A stretch of 43,089 nucleotides of DNA. Source: Nitrososphaerota archaeon (lineage in GTDB: Archaea > Thermoproteota > Nitrososphaeria_A > Caldarchaeales > Calditenuaceae). The position numbers and the translations under genes were made by a program. The notes beneath the pieces were generated by a model, which was not told where the DNA came from, ran no database searches, and worked only from the letters and a program-made list of their open reading frames with translations. Of this stretch, positions 36,499-43,089 are shown piece by piece. Positions within the stretch are counted from its first letter, which is position 1. Every line of letters starts with the position of its first letter. The stretch lies in the NCBI GenBank assembly GCA_033581555.1, contig JAVQSZ010000010.1, forward strand, positions 1 to 43,089, written 5' to 3'.

Positions 36499-37627
36499 TG
36501 ACGACCCGTTCGCGACGGAGCCGAAGACCTCCCGTAGCTCCTTTTACGACAGGGAGCGCGAGCTGAGCCTGATCGAGGGCGCGGTTCGGGAGGGGGACAG
36601 GCTCGTCCTGGTCCTTGGCGTCAGGAGGGCGGGGAAGACCTCGCTCATCAGAGTGGCGCTCAACGAGCTCGGAGTTCCGCACGTCTTCCTCGACCTCAGG
36701 GCGCTCGGGTCCTACGAGGACCGCGCGCTCTACGGACTCCTCTCGGAGGAGATCAACAGGATCCTCCCCTGGTCGAGGAGGGTCGTCCGGTACCTGAAGC
36801 GGGTCAGGGGCGTCTCGGTGGGAGAGGGGGGCGTCTCGATCGAGCTCGGCGACGAGAAGCCGAACTTCGTGAGCCTGCTGAGGGCGCTGGACGAGTGGGC
36901 CGCCGACGAGGGGGTCGCGCTGCCCGTGGTCCTAGACGAAGCACAAGAGCTCCGCTTCTTCAGGGGAGGCAGACGGCGCACGGACTTCAGGAAGGTCCTC
37001 GCGTACTGCTACGACAACCTTAAGAACACCACCTTCATACTCTCGGGCTCCGAAGTCGGGCTGCTCTTCGATTTCGTGGGCGTCGAGGACCCGCGTTCGC
37101 CGCTTTTCGGCAGAAGGTACGTCGAAGTCCGAGTCGAGAGGTTGAGCAGGGAGTCGTCCTTGGACTTCTTGGTCAAGGGCTTCGAGCACCACGGGCTCTC
37201 TCCCCCGGCTGAACTCCTAGAGAGGGCGGTGGAAGCCTTCGACGGAATAATCGGCTGGCTGACGTACTTCGGCGCGGAGGTCGTCGCGCTCCACAGGGAA
37301 GCGGGAGTCTTGGACTACGAGGAGGCCATCAGGGCGGTGAGAGGCAAGGCGGTGAGGCTGTGCGCGGAGGAGCTGAGGAAGCTCGCGGCCCGGTCGAGAC
37401 TTTACCTCGGGATACTGGCGGCGCTCGGCGAAGGCGGGAGGACGTGGTCGGAGATCGCATTAACGCTGGAGAGGAAGTTCAAGAGGACCGTGAGCTCACC
37501 ACAGCTCGGCGCGCTCCTCAGGAACCTCATCGAGCTGAGTTACGTCGAGAAGCGCGACGGCCGCTACTGGGCCCTCGACCCGCTGGCTCCCGACGCAGCG
37601 GCCCTTCTGCTCTCGGAGGCGCGCTAG
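36485..37627 (+). CDS. Archaeal ATPase (ATPase_2 family) with C-terminal winged helix
   Basis: FYDRERE, G.RRAGKTS Walker A, LDEAQ Walker B, SGSEVG, PLFGR, GIIGWL; C-terminal W.EI...L..L....VEK. Confidence 0.9.
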   Translation: MGSLVDDPFATEPKTSRSSFYDRERELSLIEGAVREGDRLVLVLGVRRAGKTSLIRVALNELGVPHVFLDLRALGSYEDRALYGLLSEEINRILPWSRRVVRYLKRVRGVSVGEGGVSIELGDEKPNFVSLLRALDEWAADEGVALPVVLDEAQELRFFRGGRRRTDFRKVLAYCYDNLKNTTFILSGSEVGLLFDFVGVEDPRSPLFGRRYVEVRVERLSRESSLDFLVKGFEHHGLSPPAELLERAVEAFDGIIGWLTYFGAEVVALHREAGVLDYEEAIRAVRGKAVRLCAEELRKLAARSRLYLGILAALGEGGRTWSEIALTLERKFKRTVSSPQLGALLRNLIELSYVEKRDGRYWALDPLAPDAAALLLSEAR

Positions 37628-37636
37628 CGAGGTCGC

Positions 37637-38116
37637 TCATCCGCCGTAGTACCAGCCCGTGTCCCACATCACCAGGTATCTGGGGACCTCCCTCACGACC
37701 TCGCCGTCGACCGCCTCGGCCAGGTACGGTATGTGGTCTCCGATGTCGAACTTCTGGACCACCCTGCACTCGAACCACGCAGGAGCCTCCTCGAGCACCG
37801 GATGGCCGAACCTCCTCGATGGTCGCGTCCTGTGGCCGTTCAGCGTGTCGCCCTCGACCCTCGTGGGCCTGAAGAAGTCCGCGGCGACCTGCTTCTGGTC
37901 CGAGGCGAGGACGTTCATCGCGAAGGAACCAGCCCTCTCGACGAGCTGCTGCGTGTAGCTCCCCCGTTTCAGGGCCACCAGGACGAGCGGTGGGTCCATG
38001 CTGGTCTGGGTGAGGAAGTTGATCGCGGCGGCGGAGACGTCGGTCCCTGACCTCACCGTCAGCACGTAGAGGCCGTAGGTTATCGTCCTGAGGGCCTTCC
38101 TGAGAGGCTGGGACAT
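37637..38116 (-). CDS. Flavin reductase-like FMN-binding protein
   Basis: ITYGLYVLT, S.DPP, FAMNVL, P.L..A.AWFEC, GDH. Confidence 0.9.
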   Translation of the reverse strand: MSQPLRKALRTITYGLYVLTVRSGTDVSAAAINFLTQTSMDPPLVLVALKRGSYTQQLVERAGSFAMNVLASDQKQVAADFFRPTRVEGDTLNGHRTRPSRRFGHPVLEEAPAWFECRVVQKFDIGDHIPYLAEAVDGEVVREVPRYLVMWDTGWYYGG

Positions 38117-38175
38117 CGGCGTGACCGGGGATCCGGAGGACTAAAGGGCTTCTCGGCTACTCGGGACGCGTCCGG

Positions 38176-38838
38176 TCAGTCCTGCTGCTCGCCCCTCTCG
38201 ACGTACCTACCCCTGGACCTGATCTCCTCGACCCTCCTGAGGAGCTCTGAGACCGACGACTCTCCCAGGATCGACCCGTACCCCTCCCTGACGCGCTCCA
38301 TGAACTTCGGAGCTAAGGAGGGGAAGCCCGCGGCGACGCTCCTCTCGAGCAGGTGGTAGTCGATCGCGTGCTCCTCGACGTCGTCTGACCTTCCAGCCAG
38401 CCCGAAGTCGATCAGGTACGGCTCGCCTCCCTGGACCAGGACGTTCGCCGGCACCAGGTCGCCGTGGTAGAGGCCCGCGGAGTGCAGGAGGGCCATCGCG
38501 GTCCCGAGCTCCCTCGCGATCTCCGGGAGGTCGTCGGAGCCCGACGCGAGCACGGACCTCAGGCTGGCTCCCTCGACGTACTGCATGTAGATGGTGGAGG
38601 TGGTGAGCTCGAGGTGGACGACGGCCGGGCACGGGACGCCGGCGCGCTTAGCCCTGACCATCGTCCTCGCCTCCCTCACCGTCCTCTCCGACCTGACCTG
38701 TAGGTCCACCTCGGGCCTCCTGTAGGGCTTCGGGACCCTGACCTTCGCGATCAGCTTCAGGCCCCTCCACTCGACGAGCTTCACGACCGCCTCCGCGCCG
38801 ACGTAGACCACCCTCAGCTCCCCGAACGGCCCTCCCAA
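38176..38838 (-). CDS. bud32: KEOPS kinase Bud32
   Basis: GAEA, K.RVPKPYR, RT.REA, HGDL, IDFGL, RGRY; overlaps kae1. Confidence 0.93.
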   Translation of the reverse strand: MGGPFGELRVVYVGAEAVVKLVEWRGLKLIAKVRVPKPYRRPEVDLQVRSERTVREARTMVRAKRAGVPCPAVVHLELTTSTIYMQYVEGASLRSVLASGSDDLPEIARELGTAMALLHSAGLYHGDLVPANVLVQGGEPYLIDFGLAGRSDDVEEHAIDYHLLERSVAAGFPSLAPKFMERVREGYGSILGESSVSELLRRVEEIRSRGRYVERGEQQD

Positions 38839-39818
38839 GTCACCTCGACCTCGTCGATCCTGAACTTCGGCCTCACGCGGCTCTCCTCAACGGTCACCGT
38901 CTGACCGGACCGGTACATCAGCAGCCCAGTCCAAGCGATCATCGCGCCGTTGTCGCCTAGCAGGTCGTCCGGTATCTGCCTGAACTCGGCGCCGTGGAGC
39001 TTCACCATCTCCGTGACCATCTCCGAGAGCCTCCTGCTCCTCGCGAGCCCCCCGACCACCATCACCTCCTTCTTCCCCGTCATCGCGACCGCCCTCTCGA
39101 GGACCTCCGTCAGCATCGAGTAGACCGCCTCGGTCAGCGAGAGCGCGACGTCCTCCACCCTAACTCCCTCCCTGAGGAGCGCGAGGGCCCTCGTGAGGGC
39201 CCCTGAGAACGAGACGTCCATTCCCTTCACCCTGATCGGCATCGGGACGTACCTCTGACCTCTGGAGGCCCAGACTTCTGGCGCGGGCATCGGCCCGATC
39301 CCCGCCTCGATCCCGAAGGCGTCCAGGCAGTTCCCCGCTGCTATGTCGAGCGTCTCGCCCAGTACCCTGTACCGGCCCTCGCTGAGGGTCGTGACCAGCG
39401 TGTTCCCTCCCGCGACGTAGAGGACGACCGGGTCCCTGAATCCCGTCGAGAGCTTCCCGATCTCGATGTGCGCGACGCCGTGGTTGACCGCGACCAACGG
39501 TCTCCCGAGTTTGAGCGCGATCGCCCTGGCCAGCGTGGCGCCCGTCCTCAGGCAGGGCCCGAGCCCAGGACCGGAAGCGAAGGCGACGACGTCGATCTCT
39601 TCGGCGGAGGACACGGACCTCTCGAGGGCCCTCCTTAGGACCTCTTGGGCGACCTGGGCGTGGTGCTGCGCCGCCTCCCTTGGGTGGATGCCCGAGTCCG
39701 TGGGCCTGTACGTCGCCATCTCGTTGGCTAGAACCCTCCCCGATGAGTCGACCACGCCGATCCCCAGCGTGTGGGCCGTCGACTCGACGCCCAGGCAGAC
39801 CAGCCTTCCCTCCCTCAC
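38814..39818 (-). CDS. kae1: KEOPS tRNA t6A synthetase Kae1
   Basis: GVESTAHT, GIHPREAA.HH, GPGLGPCL, VNH.VAHIE, GETLDIA.GN, DNGAMIA. Confidence 0.96.
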   Translation of the reverse strand: MREGRLVCLGVESTAHTLGIGVVDSSGRVLANEMATYRPTDSGIHPREAAQHHAQVAQEVLRRALERSVSSAEEIDVVAFASGPGLGPCLRTGATLARAIALKLGRPLVAVNHGVAHIEIGKLSTGFRDPVVLYVAGGNTLVTTLSEGRYRVLGETLDIAAGNCLDAFGIEAGIGPMPAPEVWASRGQRYVPMPIRVKGMDVSFSGALTRALALLREGVRVEDVALSLTEAVYSMLTEVLERAVAMTGKKEVMVVGGLARSRRLSEMVTEMVKLHGAEFRQIPDDLLGDNGAMIAWTGLLMYRSGQTVTVEESRVRPKFRIDEVEVTWEGRSGS

Positions 39819-39909
39819 CCCGGTCGTGGGAAGTCGGCCCGCGTATTTCTCCAGTTCTCCGGGGAGGCCGAGTTGGGGTTATAGCAGACTCGGGGACCAG
39901 GGATGTGGC

Positions 39910-41364
39910 GTGCCGGGAGGGACCGAGGAGTTCCTGAAGGCCTGCGAGGAGGTCGGGGCGAGGCTCAGGTCTCACCTCAGAGAGGGGGCGAACGTCCTGG
40001 TCGTGGGGCACAACGACGCCGACGCGCTCTCGGCTCTAGGGATAATCTCGGGGACCGCCGCGAGGATGGACGCGCCCTTAGCCGCGGTCAGCGTCCAGAG
40101 GATCGAGGACTTCCTCGATGACAGGTCCGTGGACGAGTTCGACGTCGTGGTGCTGGTCGACATGGGGAGCGGATACCTGAACTCGATCAACGAGCTGGTG
40201 AGGAGGCCGGTCTTCGTGCTGGACCACCACAAGCCCGTCGGCGTGAGGCCCGCGGAGCACGTCGTCCACGTCAACCCTCACGACTTCGGTATCGACGGCT
40301 CGACGATGGTCAGCGCGTCGGGCGTCGCGTACCTGGTCGCGAAGGGGATCAGCGAGGAGGCTGAGACCTACGCTCCGGTCGCGGTGGTGGGAGCGCTCGG
40401 GGACCTCCAGGACAAGGACCACGGCAGGAGGCTCGTAGGGGTGAACGAGCTCATAGTCAACGAGGCGGTCTCGATGGAGCTGATGTCGGTCGCGGAGGAC
40501 CTCATCCTCTACGGGAGGAGCTTCAAGCCGATTCACGAGACTATCTCCAGCACCAACTCGCCCTTCCTCCCGGGCCTCTCCGGCGACGAGACCGCTTCCC
40601 TCAACCTGGTCCTCTCGGCCGGGATCGAGGTCAGGTCCGGCGACTCGTGGAGGACGCTCGCAGACCTCAGCCCCGACGAGAAGGCGAGGCTCCTCGAGGC
40701 CCTCGCCTCGCACCTGACCAAAGTGGGCGCCCCCACGCGGCTCCTCGGAGAGCTGACCGGACACGTCTACGAGCTCCTCAAGGAGGACCCGGGATCGCCG
40801 CTGAGGGACGCGAGGGAGTTCGCGACCCTGCTGAACGCCTGCGGGAAGGGAGGGAAGGCGTGGGTCGGTATAAGCGTCGCGATGGGCGCGAGGGGCTCGG
40901 TCCTCGAGGAGGCGGTAGCGGCGCTAGAGGAGTACAGGAGGTCGATCAGCAGGGCGATGTCGCTGGTCCTCTCGGAGAGGCTCATCGACCGGTCATTCCA
41001 GAACCTGGTCGTCCTGAGGGGAGGAACGGAGATAGACCCGAGGCAGGTCAGCTCGATCGCCTCGATACTCTCCTCCTCTAACCTCCTCCCCGCCGACAGG
41101 CCGCTGGTCGCGGTCGCGCAGGAGGGTACGAGGGTGAAGGTCTCCGCGAGGGCCTCAAGCGAGCTGGTCGACCTCGGCCTGGACTTGGGCGAGGTGATGA
41201 GGGGCGCCGCGGAGAGGGTCGGGGGGAGGGGAGGGGGGCACAAGATGGCCGCTGGGGCCGAGCTTACGGTCGACGCGGCCGAGCAGTTCCTCAGGGAGGT
41301 CGACAGGGTCGTCGGGGAGCAGCTCGGGAGGGTCAGGCAGGGGAGGCAGCTGAGGCTGGTTTGA
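39910..41364 (+). CDS. DHH-family RecJ-like protein (GAN/Cdc45-related)
   Basis: HNDAD, DMGSG, LDHH, VNP, GALGD, REFATLLNACG, GGGH..AAGA; adjacent to pcc1. Confidence 0.9.
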   Translation: MPGGTEEFLKACEEVGARLRSHLREGANVLVVGHNDADALSALGIISGTAARMDAPLAAVSVQRIEDFLDDRSVDEFDVVVLVDMGSGYLNSINELVRRPVFVLDHHKPVGVRPAEHVVHVNPHDFGIDGSTMVSASGVAYLVAKGISEEAETYAPVAVVGALGDLQDKDHGRRLVGVNELIVNEAVSMELMSVAEDLILYGRSFKPIHETISSTNSPFLPGLSGDETASLNLVLSAGIEVRSGDSWRTLADLSPDEKARLLEALASHLTKVGAPTRLLGELTGHVYELLKEDPGSPLRDAREFATLLNACGKGGKAWVGISVAMGARGSVLEEAVAALEEYRRSISRAMSLVLSERLIDRSFQNLVVLRGGTEIDPRQVSSIASILSSSNLLPADRPLVAVAQEGTRVKVSARASSELVDLGLDLGEVMRGAAERVGGRGGGHKMAAGAELTVDAAEQFLREVDRVVGEQLGRVRQGRQLRLV

Positions 41365-41627
41365 GCGGCGGAACCTCGGTCGCGGAGCTGACCTTCGAGT
41401 TCTGCGACGAGCTCGAGGCCGAGGCCGTGATGAGGGCGATAGCGCCCGACAACGAGCCGCTCCCGAAGGGCCTCAGGGTCGAGATGACTCTCGAGGGGAG
41501 AAGGATGAGGGTGCTGGTCGAGTGCTCGAGGGGGACCGACTCGCTCCTCGCGACGGTCGACGACGTCCTCTCCGCGGTACACCTGGTGGAGCGCGTCGTC
41601 TGCCGCAGGTCTCAGCTCAGGACCTGA
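41361..41627 (+). CDS. pcc1: KEOPS subunit Pcc1
   Basis: A.AV.RAI.PDN...SL.ATVDD.L motif; 88 aa; follows the DHH gene. Confidence 0.85.
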   Translation: MSGGTSVAELTFEFCDELEAEAVMRAIAPDNEPLPKGLRVEMTLEGRRMRVLVECSRGTDSLLATVDDVLSAVHLVERVVCRRSQLRT

Positions 41628-42867
41628 ACCTCTCGGGGCTCAGCCTCGAGAGCATCGGCCTCTCCCTTCCTCCGACGACCTCCGCGACCATCAACCCCAT
41701 CGAGGAGCTGAGCGTCGCTCCCAGCCTGCAACCTCCCGTAGCGACGACGACGTTCCTCAGGCCCTTCACCTTCCCGACCACGGGCGCGCCGTCGGGCGTG
41801 CAAGGCCTCGGGCCGACCCAGGTGTCGACGAATTTCAGGCCCCTGACCAGAGGTAGGGCTGTGGACGCCCACTCCCTGATCCTCTCGAACCTCGAGGCGT
41901 CGGGCTCAGCGTCCGGAGACGCGAGCTCGAAGACGCTGGTGAGCCTCACCTCGCCCGAGACGGTCTGACCGATGATGACCCTGTTGTCGGCGTAGATGAT
42001 CGGCCTCCCGAACCTCTCCCCGATCGCCTCGGTGACCGCGAGGTAGCCCCTGCCCGCGACGACCGGAAGCTCGATCCCCACGCCCCTCAGGAGCTCCCTA
42101 GTCCAGGCGCCGGAGCAGACGACGAGGTGGTCTGGGGTCAGGCTGCCCTCACGGTCGACGACCGAGACGGACCCATCTGAGAGCTTGAGGGAGGCCCTCT
42201 CCTCTGAGACCTCGACGCCCATCGACCTGAGGGCCCTGAGGAAGGAGGTGATCGTCTTGGAGGGGTTGATGTGAACGTCGTCAGGGTAGAGGAGCCCTCC
42301 GACGACCTCCCTCGAGAGCTGCGGGACGATCGACCTGCACTCGTCGCCGTCGAGTCTCCTCACCGAGTACCCGAGCTCCCTCGACTCCCTCTCCCTGAAC
42401 TCGGCCTCGAACTCGAAGTTCTTCTGGACCGTGAAGACCTCGATCGACCCGTTCTCGTTGAGGTCGGACTCGAGGTTCAGCTCCTTGATCACCTCGAGCC
42501 AGAGCCTCTTGCTCTCCGCGAGGACCTGCTGGAGGAGCGCCGCGTTCTCCGCGAGGGCCCCTCTCCTCACCTCGTTGACGTACTTCCAGAGCCATCCCCC
42601 GGGAAGCAGCTCCCTGAACGCGAACGACGGCCTTATCGAGACGTATGAGCCCCGCTTCAGGGTGAGCGCGAGGAGCTTCCTGAGGCCCATCACCTCCGGG
42701 ACCGCGGTTATGCTCCCCTGGTGGATGATCCCGGCGTTGCCCCAGGACGCGGCCCTCCTCGCGTCGCCGCCCGTGTAGACCTTGACCCTCAGCCCCATCG
42801 ACCTGAGCCTGTAGGCAGCGTGGAGCCCGACGAAGCCACCTCCGACCACGACGGCCTCCGGCTTCAC
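41617..42867 (-). CDS. FAD-dependent oxidoreductase, D-amino-acid dehydrogenase (DadA)-like
   Basis: VGGGFVG, ASWGNAG, GAW, GY, WVGPRPCTPDG.PVVG, P.RF. Confidence 0.88.
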   Translation of the reverse strand: MKPEAVVVGGGFVGLHAAYRLRSMGLRVKVYTGGDARRAASWGNAGIIHQGSITAVPEVMGLRKLLALTLKRGSYVSIRPSFAFRELLPGGWLWKYVNEVRRGALAENAALLQQVLAESKRLWLEVIKELNLESDLNENGSIEVFTVQKNFEFEAEFRERESRELGYSVRRLDGDECRSIVPQLSREVVGGLLYPDDVHINPSKTITSFLRALRSMGVEVSEERASLKLSDGSVSVVDREGSLTPDHLVVCSGAWTRELLRGVGIELPVVAGRGYLAVTEAIGERFGRPIIYADNRVIIGQTVSGEVRLTSVFELASPDAEPDASRFERIREWASTALPLVRGLKFVDTWVGPRPCTPDGAPVVGKVKGLRNVVVATGGCRLGATLSSSMGLMVAEVVGGRERPMLSRLSPERFRS

Positions 42868-43089
42868 GACGCTCAGAAGCTCAGAGCGGATAATAGGGTT
42901 TCGAAGGCATTCGGATCAGACCGATGCGTTTTCGGCCCTCATCCTTCGGATCGGCCCAGCCGAGGGTCGGGGAGGAGGCTTTAACCCCTCCGGACCCCGT
43001 GCGAGTCGGGCGTCAGGCGGAGTTCCGTTGTCTGCTGTGAGAGAAGCTTCGAGAGGGGTCGGTGTTTCTCAATCCTCTTCGTGAGGTTC

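Noticed and set aside
42981-43089. Possible 3' end of a minus-strand gene at the window edge
   Set aside because: Only about 35 codons visible, with no recognisable motif

Overview
High-GC archaeal chromosomal segment. Gene content suggests a thermophilic TACK archaeon, plausibly Aigarchaeota/Caldarchaeales; this is inference only. It is mostly shuffled housekeeping genes: rps14, rpl3-rpl4-rpl23-//-rpl2, ahcY, hisA/hisB/hisD, alaX, tmk, cbf5, asnS, pyrG, etfA, pheA, and KEOPS kae1/bud32/pcc1 with a DHH nuclease. Three genes carry bulge-helix-bulge (BHB) introns: tRNA-Thr(CGT) has one at 37/38, a tRNA-Gly-like gene has two (25/26 and 37/38) with an atypical anticodon loop, and cbf5 has a 22-nt pre-mRNA intron inside its catalytic Asp codon. 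The most novel-looking element is a four-gene copper module lying between hisD and HAD-hisB. It encodes a two-domain multicopper oxidase with a T1 motif in each domain, a cupredoxin, a Tat-exported NosL/His-rich/TlpA-thioredoxin fusion and CcdA, and has a phased repeat upstream. Also present are a probably acquired secreted S1 protease with three Ig-like repeats, a palindromic operator over the start of an ATPase gene, and several decayed genes. Protein calls come from motif recognition, not database searches.
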